Below, piece by piece: positions 38,930 through 49,035 of a DNA stretch of 64,000 nt. The DNA lies in the NCBI GenBank assembly GCA_016186695.1, contig JACPLC010000005.1, forward strand, positions 852 to 64,851, given 5' to 3'. The position numbers and the translations under genes are program-made. A model generated the notes under the pieces. It saw only the letters and a list, made by a program, of their open reading frames with translations, searched no databases and was not told where the DNA came from. The stretch's first letter is position 1; every line of letters begins with the position of its first letter. The stretch is from Candidatus Kaiserbacteria bacterium. Lineage in GTDB: Bacteria; Patescibacteriota; Minisyncoccia; Phycocordibacterales; UBA2100.

Positions 38930-40048
38930 ATGATGCGCCGCGTCAGAGTGCATATGGCAAAAAGGACATTCATCGGCATTTTCGTCGGCGTGCTCGCTTT
39001 CTCAGGCTACACGCTCTGGAGCGAGAGCAGGACAATACAGGCGGGAGGCGGCGCACAGGAAGAAACGGCTTCTGCGGATACGTCTGGCTCGGATGAGACT
39101 GCGGAAACGCCAAGCAAGAAAACCATCGAAGGCCTTGCGCATGCATGGCAGAGTTTTAACAACTGCTCGTCGGTCGGGCTTATGGTCGCGCTTTCCCACT
39201 GGGACATCCTAGACAGCCAAGAGGGTATCGCGGAGGCAACACGGCCGTGGAACAACCCGAGCGGAAATAACGACGATAAATCGGTCACGCTCTATGAACT
39301 CGCCGCCTATGCCGAAGGCGAGCACGGGCTCGTATCATTTGTGCGTCCAAATGGGACAATCGAGCTTCTGAAAAAATTCATCGCGAACGATATTCCCGTC
39401 GTCGCGCGCACGCTCACGTACGCTGACAAAGACATGGTGCACTACCGCGTCGTGCGGGGCTACGACGATGAAGCGGGAGTCATCATCGAAAGCGACGGCA
39501 TCAACGGCCCGAAGTTCTCCGTTTCGTATGACGACTGGATGCATCTCTGGAAGGACTACAACTACTCGTATCTCATTGCCGTTCCGTCGGAGAAAAAGGC
39601 GCTCGTCGAGCGGATTTTGGGAAGCGAGCGCGACGAGAGAGCGGCGTGGCAAAACGCAAAGGCACGCGCAGAGAGTGGATTATCGAAAAACCCCTCCGAC
39701 ATATTCGCCCACTACAACCTCGTTACTGCGCTCTATTACCTCGGCGACTATGAAGACACCGTACGTGAGTTCGAGAAGATTGAGTCGCGTCTCACGCGCA
39801 GAGTACTGTGGTATCAGCACGAGCCCATTGATGCTTATTTCCGGCTCGGGAATTACGACCGCGTCCTTGTTCTCACCGATGGCGTCATTAACGACAACAA
39901 CAAATCCGTTTCCGAACTCTACGTGCTGCGCGGAAAGGTGTTTGAGAGCCGAGGCGATACTGCCGCCGCGCGCGCCGAATACGAAAAGGCCCTGCTCTAC
40001 AACAAACACCTCCAATCGGCCAAAGATGCGCTCGCCGCCTTGCCCTGA
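38930..40048 (+). CDS. C39-like peptidase with TPR repeats, exported
   Basis: QSFNNC, HYRVVRGYD, D; C-terminal TPRs. Confidence 0.85.
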   Translation: MMRRVRVHMAKRTFIGIFVGVLAFSGYTLWSESRTIQAGGGAQEETASADTSGSDETAETPSKKTIEGLAHAWQSFNNCSSVGLMVALSHWDILDSQEGIAEATRPWNNPSGNNDDKSVTLYELAAYAEGEHGLVSFVRPNGTIELLKKFIANDIPVVARTLTYADKDMVHYRVVRGYDDEAGVIIESDGINGPKFSVSYDDWMHLWKDYNYSYLIAVPSEKKALVERILGSERDERAAWQNAKARAESGLSKNPSDIFAHYNLVTALYYLGDYEDTVREFEKIESRLTRRVLWYQHEPIDAYFRLGNYDRVLVLTDGVINDNNKSVSELYVLRGKVFESRGDTAAARAEYEKALLYNKHLQSAKDALAALP

Positions 40049-40074
40049 GCGTGTTGAAGGGACTTGGCAGTTAA

Positions 40075-40455
40075 CTACTTCTTTTCTTTACTATAGTCGT
40101 ACCACACAGCCTCGATGTTGTTGCCGTCTGCATCGTGAACAAACGCCGCATAGTAGCCGACCCAGTAGTCGGTACGATAACCCGGTTTACCGTTGTCCTT
40201 CCCACCCGCGGCAAGCGCTTCTTTGTAAAAATTGTCTACCGACGTCTTGTCTTTTGCCTCAAAAGCTACGTGACCCGGCACAACTTTCTCTTTCTCCCCT
40301 ATCCAAAAGCTCGTCTGCCCGCCCTCCATGTAGCCCCCGGCCTTCCACTCCGGATGGTCTTGCGTGAATTCGTAACCGACGGGCTTCAGAGCCTCCCGAT
40401 AAAACTCTTTCGCCGTTTGGTAACTGCTCACCGCAATGCTCGCGTGCGCGATCAT
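40075..40455 (-). CDS. VOC/glyoxalase family protein
   Basis: HVAF, DNGKPGYR, YYAAFVHDADGNNIEAV. Confidence 0.92.
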   Translation of the reverse strand: MIAHASIAVSSYQTAKEFYREALKPVGYEFTQDHPEWKAGGYMEGGQTSFWIGEKEKVVPGHVAFEAKDKTSVDNFYKEALAAGGKDNGKPGYRTDYWVGYYAAFVHDADGNNIEAVWYDYSKEKK

Positions 40456-40591
40456 ATTTTTGCATTGTTAGCACTGATAACTTTGCGTACAACAACAATT
40501 GTACGCAGTGCACGTGTACAAACAATGGGCCAAGTCTTACGACAGTAATAACGCTTTATTTTTCCACGTTCTTCGCTATACTGCGCGGGAT

Positions 40592-40663
40592 TCCGGGGTA
40601 ACTCAATGGTAGAGTGACTCCCTGTTAAGGAGTAAGTTGTGGGTTCGAGTCCCACCCCCGGAG
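40592..40663 (+). tRNA. tRNA-Asn(GTT), island integration site
   Basis: TCCGGGG...CCCCGGAG; anticodon loop CTGTTAA. Confidence 0.95.
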
Positions 40664-42147
40664 CTAGGTGAGACAGCAGACAGTTTACGGATAGTGTCAT
40701 ACGGTTTTCGCAAGGCAAACCGTAGCTCTTTTCCTTTCACTGTCGAGTTCTGAAGTAAGTACGCTAGAATCTCCCGTTTTTCATCCGGTTCAGAACTTCC
40801 GAAGATTTCTCCGAAGCGTTTGGAGATGCTCAGCAGCGTCCCAACATGGATGTGATAGCGATGGTCGGCCTTCGTGTGTTGCTCCATCTCCGCATTCAGT
40901 CGATCCTGCGACTCCTTCAGTTCTCGTAATTTATTATCATACTCATCGGTGGTAATACTCCCGTCCAGTCGAAGGTCCAGTAGGCTTTGTATTCGCTTTT
41001 GGGCCTTGTCGTACTCCGCACGTATGCGTTTAACCTCGCGCTCGTAGAACACCGCCTCGCTATCGTGGCTCTGACGAAGTTCGGTTACCAACCGTTCGTG
41101 CACTTGGTCCGGGACGTTTTCGAATTCCTTGAAAAGCGCGTGGAGCGGTTTCAGGAGGTCCTCTTCCGACGTATATACTCGCTTGCAAATACCTTTCGCA
41201 TTCGTGCAGGAGTAGTAGATGTACTTGCCCTTCTTCAGTTCGGGGCTCATGAGACAGCCGCAATCTTCGCAGCGAAGTATTCCTTTCAGGGCAAACGGCT
41301 TCGAGAGTATTTTCGAACGCTTGTCGCCCCTGCCTTCACAGACGTCCCGGCATCTTTCGAACAGTTCTTGAGATATCAGACGTGCATATTTGTGCTTGTG
41401 TTCTCCGTGCTTCCTCGATTGCGCGAAACCGATGTAGAAGCGATCCTTCAGAATTCGCTCTACATTGCTACGCGACAACTTCTGGCCTTTGAGCCCTCGT
41501 AGGCCGAGCTTGGTTATCTCTATCCAGAGTGCGCGAATCGAATACGAACCTGAGGCATATAGCTCGAAAAGCTTCACGATCAGATGGGCGCGCTTCGGAT
41601 CCGGAACGATATCATTCAAGATAACTTTTCCTTCGGCATCCTTTTTCTTATCACGGATGTATCCGATCGGCGGGTGTCCGGTGAATTCTCCATTACGGCG
41701 CTTATGCTCGAACGTGCGCTTTACGTTGTCGCTCAACTGCAAGATATACGCATGTGCCATGAGTACTCCCATCTCCCAGCGGATGATGTCCGCGCTGTTG
41801 GAATGCCTGTGTATGACCAGATTCTCGCGGTAGAAGTGAATCTCGACCTTGCCCTCTTTCACTAACTCGTCCAAGTACACCATGTCCTTGAATGAACGCA
41901 TGAGGCGGTCGATCGTATCGAACACGACCGCCATACATTCGTTGGTGCGTTCCCCCTCTTTCACCACGCTTTCTAATGCCTCCCTGAACCGCTTACGCTC
42001 TCCACGAGTGGACGATTCTTCGATCTTGTAAGTCTTCCAATGCTCGAGACCTCCTTTTTGCTTCACGTAGTCCGAGACTCGCATGATTTGAGCTTCGTTC
42101 GAATCTTGCTCTTTGTCGGAAACGCGAGCGATGATTGCAGATTTCAT
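40603..42147 (-). CDS. large serine recombinase (C-terminus reads antisense into tRNA-Asn)
   Basis: ARVSDKEQ, DRLMR, recombinase domain, CEDCG zinc ribbon, coiled coil. Confidence 0.95.
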   Translation of the reverse strand: MKSAIIARVSDKEQDSNEAQIMRVSDYVKQKGGLEHWKTYKIEESSTRGERKRFREALESVVKEGERTNECMAVVFDTIDRLMRSFKDMVYLDELVKEGKVEIHFYRENLVIHRHSNSADIIRWEMGVLMAHAYILQLSDNVKRTFEHKRRNGEFTGHPPIGYIRDKKKDAEGKVILNDIVPDPKRAHLIVKLFELYASGSYSIRALWIEITKLGLRGLKGQKLSRSNVERILKDRFYIGFAQSRKHGEHKHKYARLISQELFERCRDVCEGRGDKRSKILSKPFALKGILRCEDCGCLMSPELKKGKYIYYSCTNAKGICKRVYTSEEDLLKPLHALFKEFENVPDQVHERLVTELRQSHDSEAVFYEREVKRIRAEYDKAQKRIQSLLDLRLDGSITTDEYDNKLRELKESQDRLNAEMEQHTKADHRYHIHVGTLLSISKRFGEIFGSSEPDEKREILAYLLQNSTVKGKELRFALRKPYDTIRKLSAVSPSSGGGTRTHNLLLNRESLYH

Positions 42148-42160
42148 ATATTTGTTATTG

Positions 42161-43282
42161 TTATTTTACTCTAATTTTCCTCTTAATTTTCCCCAGCAGG
42201 CGGACGGGTTTGTACGCCCGCAGCTGAGCGTTCATCTCCTCGTACCATTCTTCGGGCCGCAACCCCACGAGGGCGGCACCTATGCTACGCAGGCTTTTCA
42301 CGAGGCTGTACCACGTCGCTACGCGCCTTTTGGAGAGCGCGAGCGTGTTTCTTAGTCCTCCCATACCGCCTTCGTCTTGCGCGAGAGCCAGCAGCCCCAC
42401 GAGGCGAATCGCGTGTGCGACCCCTATACCCCGTCGGGCAAGCATGATGTCGCGCAGCAACGCTTGCGGTCCCGTTCGACGCGAGAAAAGTATCGCGTCA
42501 TCTCTGTTCGCGAGCTTCTCCCAGTAATGAAGAATGACCGCCTTACTCACTTTTAACGAGAATGCTTTCCTGAACGTGAAAGCATCACCGTGGCCCACAC
42601 TCACGAGCAGTCGGCGTAGCTTCTCTTTTCTTGTCAGCCGCACCTCGAATCTCACGATGCTATCTTCCTGAGATAACACCTCCATCGTTTCTTCGTCGAG
42701 CTCTCGCTCAAGTTCCGCGAGCTTGTCGTACACCGAAATCATGTGCGACTTCGTGTACCACTGCACTCCCGTTCCGTCGTTCGAATACTTCACGTTCGTC
42801 TGCTCGATGCGTCGGTTGGCGTTGATTTTCGCCAATTGACCGATGACATGAGAAGCCGAATGCACTCTTTTTAGGATGACGTTCTTCGAGTAGTGGATCT
42901 TGGCTATCTCCGCTTGTCGCAGACATACGTCGGAGACCTCTACCCCCATCCTCGAAACCCGATCCTGCAGAAGCGCAATCACCGTCTCGAAATGACGTTC
43001 CGTCAGCTCGTCGAGATTGTGACCAAAGACGAGCTTCGGAGCGGAGAACTGGACATGCATGAACGAGATGCTCTTACCGTCGCGCCACGACACGTATCCC
43101 GTAAGGAGCGGAAAATACATACCTCGCGCCACATCCTCCGGAGGCGCATCCTTGACGTATCTTCCATAACCGCGCCCGGTAGCGCGGAACTCCCATCCCT
43201 CCCACTCACGACTGCCATCGCACTTGATCCTCCTCGGCAGTGTCGCTTGCATGGGAATAGTCATGACCACCGTGTCGATCAT
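42161..43282 (-). CDS. phage/plasmid replication initiation protein (II/X-like, Rep_trans type)
   Basis: MIDTV, FSAPKLVFGHN, YDKLAE, VRFEVRL. Confidence 0.75.
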   Translation of the reverse strand: MIDTVVMTIPMQATLPRRIKCDGSREWEGWEFRATGRGYGRYVKDAPPEDVARGMYFPLLTGYVSWRDGKSISFMHVQFSAPKLVFGHNLDELTERHFETVIALLQDRVSRMGVEVSDVCLRQAEIAKIHYSKNVILKRVHSASHVIGQLAKINANRRIEQTNVKYSNDGTGVQWYTKSHMISVYDKLAELERELDEETMEVLSQEDSIVRFEVRLTRKEKLRRLLVSVGHGDAFTFRKAFSLKVSKAVILHYWEKLANRDDAILFSRRTGPQALLRDIMLARRGIGVAHAIRLVGLLALAQDEGGMGGLRNTLALSKRRVATWYSLVKSLRSIGAALVGLRPEEWYEEMNAQLRAYKPVRLLGKIKRKIRVK

Positions 43283-43446
43283 GGATCTTGGTTCGGAACT
43301 TCACCCGCATAGAGGTGCGGATTTTCTCGCTTGTCGATCCGTAGGAGGAGAGCGTACAGGCCGACGATATTGCTCTTCGATTCGAAGTCCTCGAAGATTT
43401 CATTTACGATCCGTTCGATGGATGAGTCGTTTTCTTTCTCTTTCAT
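43279..43446 (-). CDS. small hypothetical element protein
   Basis: MKEKEND...VGLYALLLRIDKR; ATGA overlap with the rep start. Confidence 0.6.
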   Translation of the reverse strand: MKEKENDSSIERIVNEIFEDFESKSNIVGLYALLLRIDKRENPHLYAGEVPNQDP

Positions 43447-44153
43447 CTGATAATCGATGCTTGCGCGACAGTCGGATAGGACGGGCTCGACGGTCCCATC
43501 GCGCGTTCTAATGAGCTCACGAAGCAATCTCCGCTAGCCAACCTCCGTCCGCAAAATGCGCGACGTGAAGTGTTTTGTATAAAAACAAAACGCCCCAGCT
43601 TATGAAGGGTCGTGTACCGAGCGCTTGGCTCAGTCAGCGACCTCTCATCACCTGGAGGCGTTTCCTTCGCTTGGGATCAAATGCAAGTGATCCGGCGACT
43701 ATCGACTTTGAATCATCCTCTAAACATCGATAGCGTAAACGTGGCTTACACCACGGCGAGAACGATTTGTCCTCGCGGCATTGTCTCGAAAACGAGACGA
43801 TCAAACAGGTATCGCGATTACGCGATACAAAGATCTATCCAACTGTTATTAATTATACACTATTCGTAGCCGAAAATCCAGCCCCAATATCCACAGAGGT
43901 GAACCAACAATCCTTTCTGTTTTCTGGAATCGCAGGAACAAAAGTTTTTATCAGAGAAGAACTTGGCTCGCGCACCGGTATCGTATTGTAGCTTTTTAGC
44001 CTTGTATGGGACCCGTAAACGACCCCCAGACCCGTTCCGGAATTCCACCGATGCGAAGTAAAAACTGAATGTTTTGAAGGACTAATTAGGGGACACCAAA
44101 GTTCTTGCTCGTCGCAATGGTCGGGTGACGAGAGTGTTAACCATGTCATAACC

Positions 44154-44720
44154 ATGAACACATACGGAAAGCGTACGTCATACCCGATACGTAAGATCGC
44201 CGTGCGAAGCAGCGTGCAAGACAAGAAGCATCCACTTCGCGAGGTGATCGAGAAATGTATCGGCACTCACGATCTTCGCGTAGTAGTCGAGGAAGATTTC
44301 TCCACGATAAGCGCCATGAAGCGCGACGACGTCGTAGCCTTCATTTGCAGCATCGTGCGGGAGGGAAAAGTTCTATCGCAAGGACGGGGTAGCGTAATTC
44401 TCCCCTCCAGCGGTCGATTTCTGACTCGGAGTGTGCATTCGGCGTTCAATTCGTCCATCGCGGATGCCGCAATCCGGGCCACGAAGGTGCTGGACACCTT
44501 TCGCTGCGGAAACGAGACGAATACTGTCAGCCCCATTGGCGAGGCGTACAGAGCGAAAGAGGACGAAGAGTCTGCTCCTGCAACGGACAGGCAAAAATCC
44601 TACTTGCGCGAGCTCATCCAAATCAACCTCGACGAAGATGAGCGTGAGAAGTGGGAATCGCAGCTTGGAGAGCTCACCAAGCAAGAAGCGTCTCGCATGA
44701 TCGCTTCATTCCAGCGATAG
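44154..44720 (+). CDS. hypothetical protein
   Basis: 188 aa; C-terminal PATDRQKSYL...LTKQEASRMI module. Confidence 0.75.
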   Translation: MNTYGKRTSYPIRKIAVRSSVQDKKHPLREVIEKCIGTHDLRVVVEEDFSTISAMKRDDVVAFICSIVREGKVLSQGRGSVILPSSGRFLTRSVHSAFNSSIADAAIRATKVLDTFRCGNETNTVSPIGEAYRAKEDEESAPATDRQKSYLRELIQINLDEDEREKWESQLGELTKQEASRMIASFQR

Positions 44721-44733
44721 TCACGTACTACTA

Positions 44734-44761
44734 GGCGGTGGCTCTATTGAGCCGCCGCCTG
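44734..44761. terminator. hairpin between convergent genes
   Basis: GGCGGTGGCTC-TATT-GAGCCGCCGCC. Confidence 0.6.
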
Positions 44762-44774
44762 GTGTGCGATTTTA

Positions 44775-44996
44775 TCACTTCACGAAGTAGGAAATGCTCT
44801 TGCCGTACATCCGGGCGAATCGCTTTAGCTCCACTACATCCACCCGTTGCTGCCCCGACTCCACGTTGGAGACGTGCGACTGCGGACGATTGAGCTTCTT
44901 TGCGACCTGTACCTGCGTAAGGCCGGCATCAAGACGGGCCTTCCGAAGACGTTCGACGAAATAAGCGTACTCCTTGGTGTGAATAGACTTCTTCAT
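44775..44996 (-). CDS. XRE family HTH regulator
   Basis: LRKARLDAGLTQVQVAKKL...SNVESGQQRVDVVEL. Confidence 0.92.
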   Translation of the reverse strand: MKKSIHTKEYAYFVERLRKARLDAGLTQVQVAKKLNRPQSHVSNVESGQQRVDVVELKRFARMYGKSISYFVK

Positions 44997-45089
44997 AGAG
45001 CAAAGGCTCTATCCAAGAAGCCGATATCCAAAATCCTGATATTATGCTAGGCTCTATCAGCTCGCTTTTTACCAAAAAAATACACTTGT

Positions 45090-45344
45090 ATGTTCAAAAT
45101 AGTCGTGATTATTGCAGATATCGTATTGGGCGGTCTCATGTTGCTCAACCTCATTTTCGATGGTGCGCCAGCCTACTTCGACGCAAAAGACGTGTTTATC
45201 ATCACGGCTCTGCTCTTCGTGAACGTCGCTGCACTGTTCTGGAACTACGAGGCCAAAGATTTGATCACCTTGTATTTCCGACGGAAAGCGTTGGAACAGC
45301 AGAAGAAAATCGACGACCTCAAAGGGTCATCACAAGCGATATGA
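45090..45344 (+). CDS. small 2-TM membrane protein
   Basis: Two hydrophobic helices plus basic tail; ATGA overlap with the next ORF. Confidence 0.6.
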   Translation: MFKIVVIIADIVLGGLMLLNLIFDGAPAYFDAKDVFIITALLFVNVAALFWNYEAKDLITLYFRRKALEQQKKIDDLKGSSQAI

Positions 45345-45817
45345 GCGACGCGGTCGACGACAGTACACGATGGAGGAGGAACATACTCTGGGCTCTGGGT
45401 TTACTCGCTGCAGTGGTAATCGTCACGTTCTCATACGGTCTTGCAGAGTACTTTGTGCTCGACCGTATCGCACCTCATTTCCCCCACTACACGGACGAGG
45501 ACACAGCGAGAATATTCGGCCCGCTGTATGGTTACGATTCGGACATCACACAGTACGCGGCGCATCCGCTGGCAGTCGCGATCAATTCCACAATCGACGC
45601 AATGCGAGATGATGTGGAGACGCGGTCAAAAGCCCTTCTCGACGACGTGTATTCTGTCATGGAGACCATCCTGATTTTCTTGGCCGGCGTATTCGCCATT
45701 CTTGCGATTCGCTCGTCAGATTCGTCAAAGCGACGCTATATCGCCCTTATGTTAACAGTTCTTTCGGGCGTCGCACTCGTCGTCTGGATAGCCACAACGC
45801 TTAGTAAGGTATTATGA
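45341..45817 (+). CDS. 3-TM membrane protein
   Basis: Start taken at MSDAVDD; three hydrophobic segments. Confidence 0.6.
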   Translation: MSDAVDDSTRWRRNILWALGLLAAVVIVTFSYGLAEYFVLDRIAPHFPHYTDEDTARIFGPLYGYDSDITQYAAHPLAVAINSTIDAMRDDVETRSKALLDDVYSVMETILIFLAGVFAILAIRSSDSSKRRYIALMLTVLSGVALVVWIATTLSKVL

Positions 45818-45829
45818 ACCCATTAACCT

Positions 45830-46765
45830 ATGGGACTCGATCCAGCACAGGGGTACAAAACGAGGCGTGGAAAGATGTTAATCGGCACTGCAGAAGATAT
45901 TCTCCGCTCTCCTGCAGCCAAGAGATACAAAGGTAAGATACAGCTCGTTTTCACATCACCACCCTTTCCGTTGAATAGGAAGAAGAAATACGGGAATCAT
46001 CAAGGGGAACGATACGTTGAATGGTTGGGAGATATGGCTCTTTTGTTGAAGGAGTACCTTACAGAGAATGGGTCAATCGTTATGGAGATGGGCAATGCGT
46101 GGCAACCTGGCGCTCCCGTCATGTCCACGTTGGCACTACGCTCGTTACTCGCTTTTCAGGACAAGGCAAATCTTCATCTCTGTCAGCAATTTATATGCTA
46201 TAACCCCGCTCGTTTGCCCGGCCCAGCGCAATGGGTTACGGTGGAGCGGGTTCGAGTAAAGGACTCTTTTACTCACGTTTGGTGGATGTCACCAAACGAG
46301 CGGCCCAAAGCCGATAATCGTCGGGTGTTAAAGGCTTACAGCAAAGCCATGTTGCAGCTGCTTGCCACAAAGAAATACAATGCCGGAAAGCGTCCTTCTG
46401 AGCATTCCATCGGTGCGAAATCGTTTCTGAAAAATAATGAGGGTGCTATTCCATCGAACGTCTTGACCTTGTCCAACACTCGAACCAACGACCAGTATCA
46501 GCTCTATTGTCGTACACACGGCTTGCAGGTGCATCCCGCTAGGATGCAAATGGATCTCGCAGATTTCTTCATCAAATTTCTGACAGAGCCGGGAGACCTA
46601 GTGTTGGATCCTTTTGCAGGAAGCAACACTACGGGGGCTTCCGCCGAGAGATTGAAACGTCGTTGGATATCGATAGAACCCAATCAAGAGTACGTGAAAG
46701 GTTCATATGGCAGGTTCGCAGAAGAAAACGAAAACAAAAAATATGACGACGCAAAATTTATTTAG
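45830..46765 (+). CDS. beta-class N4-cytosine DNA methyltransferase (M.PvuII-like)
   Basis: FTSPPF motif IV, LPGPAQWVTVERVRVKD, HPARM, LDPFAGSNTTG. Confidence 0.93.
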   Translation: MGLDPAQGYKTRRGKMLIGTAEDILRSPAAKRYKGKIQLVFTSPPFPLNRKKKYGNHQGERYVEWLGDMALLLKEYLTENGSIVMEMGNAWQPGAPVMSTLALRSLLAFQDKANLHLCQQFICYNPARLPGPAQWVTVERVRVKDSFTHVWWMSPNERPKADNRRVLKAYSKAMLQLLATKKYNAGKRPSEHSIGAKSFLKNNEGAIPSNVLTLSNTRTNDQYQLYCRTHGLQVHPARMQMDLADFFIKFLTEPGDLVLDPFAGSNTTGASAERLKRRWISIEPNQEYVKGSYGRFAEENENKKYDDAKFI

Positions 46766-49034
46766 CATCCTCTTGAAAGCCGACACGTGTGCCGACGTGG
46801 AGGCAGCGATTACTCAATTTGAGAATGAGCACTCTGCTGAATGTACGTGGGTTCCCGTTGGGAAAAAAGATAACAATTCCGGTCCAATCAATATTGCTGC
46901 GGATCCGGGACGTTCCCTTGTGGAGCGTCTAACCAACGCAGTGGACGCCGTTCTCGAACGTGAGCACGAAGTGCGCGGCGGAAGCCCCGTCTGTCGAACA
47001 CCGCGTGAGGCTGCAAGTGCATGGCTGGGTATCCCGTCTGGAGGTCTCAGTGAAATGACGCAGCAGGCTCGGCGTGATCATGCGAATAATGTGATCATTC
47101 GTATCACCGAGGGTGAAGGTAGCAGAGAGGCTCGAACTGTAGAAGTGAGAGATCAAGGAATTGGGATTACGCCCGATCGCGTACCGACTACCATTCTTAG
47201 CTTGAATGAAAGTAATAAATGGCAAAAGCATTATCTTGCCGGAACATTCGGGCAAGGAGGATCGAGTACGTTTGCGGCCTCAGACTACACTCTCATCGCA
47301 AGCCGATACAAGGACGAACCTGTCGTTGGGTTTACTGTGGTGAAGTATCGCGACTTACCCCCAGATCTATTTAAGACTGGCCATTATGTGTATCTCGTTC
47401 TCAACAGCGCAGTGCTTCAGGCGGAGATTCCCGTTGAGGAATTCACTCGCGGCACGTTAGTCAAACATTTCGGCTACGACCTCACTTCGTATTCATCTCC
47501 TTTAGGGCCAAATAGCATATACGGTTTGCTAAACCAAACGCTCTTTGATCCGATTCTACCAATCTGGCTGGATAGCCGAGTACACAACTACCGCCGTGTA
47601 ATCAAAGGCTCTCGTAACGCGCTAAATGGCGCACTCGACGAAGGAGATGAGGGTTCTGGTCCAAAACTGTCACACAGCGCGCGGATGTTCTACATAAATC
47701 TTGGGGAATTCGGACAAATCGGCGTTGAATATTGGGTGTTAGAACGACCGAGTAAACAGGACAAACGTCCGTCGGCGGCATTCGTGAACCCCACGAAACC
47801 AATCATCCTCACTATCAACGGTCAGAACCAAGAAGAGATGTCCGCACTGCTCATACGCAAAAATTCGGAATTGCCCTATCTCTCGCAACGATTGATTTGT
47901 CACGTTGATTGTAATGGCTTGCACGCCGATGCGAAACGCTCGCTCTTTTCCTCCACCCGAGAAGGTGCACGCCGGGGGCTCATACACGACCTCATACAAA
48001 AGGAGATTATTCGCATACTACGCTCGGATGACGAGCTTACCCGTCTCAATGAAGAAGCCCGCAAGCAAGGAGCACAGGAGATGGATCAAAATGCCGTACA
48101 GCAGATGCGAAAAGAAGTCGCCAGAATTCTACAGATGCAGGGAGTAAACGTAGGAGATATCGGCGGCCTTGAAGTATCGACTGGAGATGGGGGAGGGTTA
48201 GATCGACCTCGGAAACCGACTCCGCCACGGCCACCAGTCGTTCCTATACCTCTGAAGGAGCCACCAACGTATATAAAAATACTATGGGATGAGGGAGAGG
48301 AGATTCCTTTTCATCCCGAACAACGGCGGTATATAAGAATCGAAACAGATGCAGAAAGCCGCTATCACAGAGCAAACGCGGAATCATCGCCAACTAACTT
48401 CATTGTGTCTGGAGAAGGCCTCGTATTGAAAGGCACCACGTCGTTGCAGGGAGGCCGCATGCGTGCCGTTTTTGAAGCTTCACCTAACGCTGAAGTCGGC
48501 GAGGGCGGGACAATTCGCGTTGAAATGACACGAAAGGGCCTCCCGACACTTACGGATGAAAGAAAATTCAAATTTGTTGTGCCTCCGCCAGTTCGTCAAA
48601 GCGAAAGCAAGCTTACCTTGCCGCCCTTTAGAGTGCAGCCAGTAGAGGGACCCGAGGATGCTCGGTGGACGGGTTTAGGTTGGCCTGACGACATCAACAT
48701 TCTTGCTTCTTCAGCGGAAATGGAGAATGGCGAACTCGTTATTTATTACTCCACCGTATTTCCTCGCTTCGCTTCCGCAAGAACTGCCTTCGAAAATCGC
48801 GACGCCGCATTGGTTTCGTCGTTCATAAAGCGCTACGAAATCTGGCTCGCAGTTCATTCATTTCTCTGGCATCGAGATCAAAGTACAACAGAGCCCGCTA
48901 ATCAAACGGAAGAGATGATTGCCGCAGCCGAGGCGCATGAGCAGCAAGAACGCTGCCGCATAGCAACCCTCTCCACGCTCTTCGCATCACGTGAGGCAAG
49001 ATTTTCCCAGGCTCCGCTTGAAGAACACGAGTAG
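46743..49034 (+). CDS. GHKL (HSP90/MORC/TopoVI-B-like) ATPase domain protein
   Basis: ERLTNAVDA (N box), VRDQGIGI (G1), GTFGQGG (G2); start taken at MTTQN. Confidence 0.8.
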   Translation: MTTQNLFSILLKADTCADVEAAITQFENEHSAECTWVPVGKKDNNSGPINIAADPGRSLVERLTNAVDAVLEREHEVRGGSPVCRTPREAASAWLGIPSGGLSEMTQQARRDHANNVIIRITEGEGSREARTVEVRDQGIGITPDRVPTTILSLNESNKWQKHYLAGTFGQGGSSTFAASDYTLIASRYKDEPVVGFTVVKYRDLPPDLFKTGHYVYLVLNSAVLQAEIPVEEFTRGTLVKHFGYDLTSYSSPLGPNSIYGLLNQTLFDPILPIWLDSRVHNYRRVIKGSRNALNGALDEGDEGSGPKLSHSARMFYINLGEFGQIGVEYWVLERPSKQDKRPSAAFVNPTKPIILTINGQNQEEMSALLIRKNSELPYLSQRLICHVDCNGLHADAKRSLFSSTREGARRGLIHDLIQKEIIRILRSDDELTRLNEEARKQGAQEMDQNAVQQMRKEVARILQMQGVNVGDIGGLEVSTGDGGGLDRPRKPTPPRPPVVPIPLKEPPTYIKILWDEGEEIPFHPEQRRYIRIETDAESRYHRANAESSPTNFIVSGEGLVLKGTTSLQGGRMRAVFEASPNAEVGEGGTIRVEMTRKGLPTLTDERKFKFVVPPPVRQSESKLTLPPFRVQPVEGPEDARWTGLGWPDDINILASSAEMENGELVIYYSTVFPRFASARTAFENRDAALVSSFIKRYEIWLAVHSFLWHRDQSTTEPANQTEEMIAAAEAHEQQERCRIATLSTLFASREARFSQAPLEEHE

Positions 49035-49035
49035 T

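Noticed and set aside
45044-45817. Single 257-aa ORF as in the track
   Set aside because: Better explained as two membrane ORFs joined by an ATGA overlap at 45341-45344
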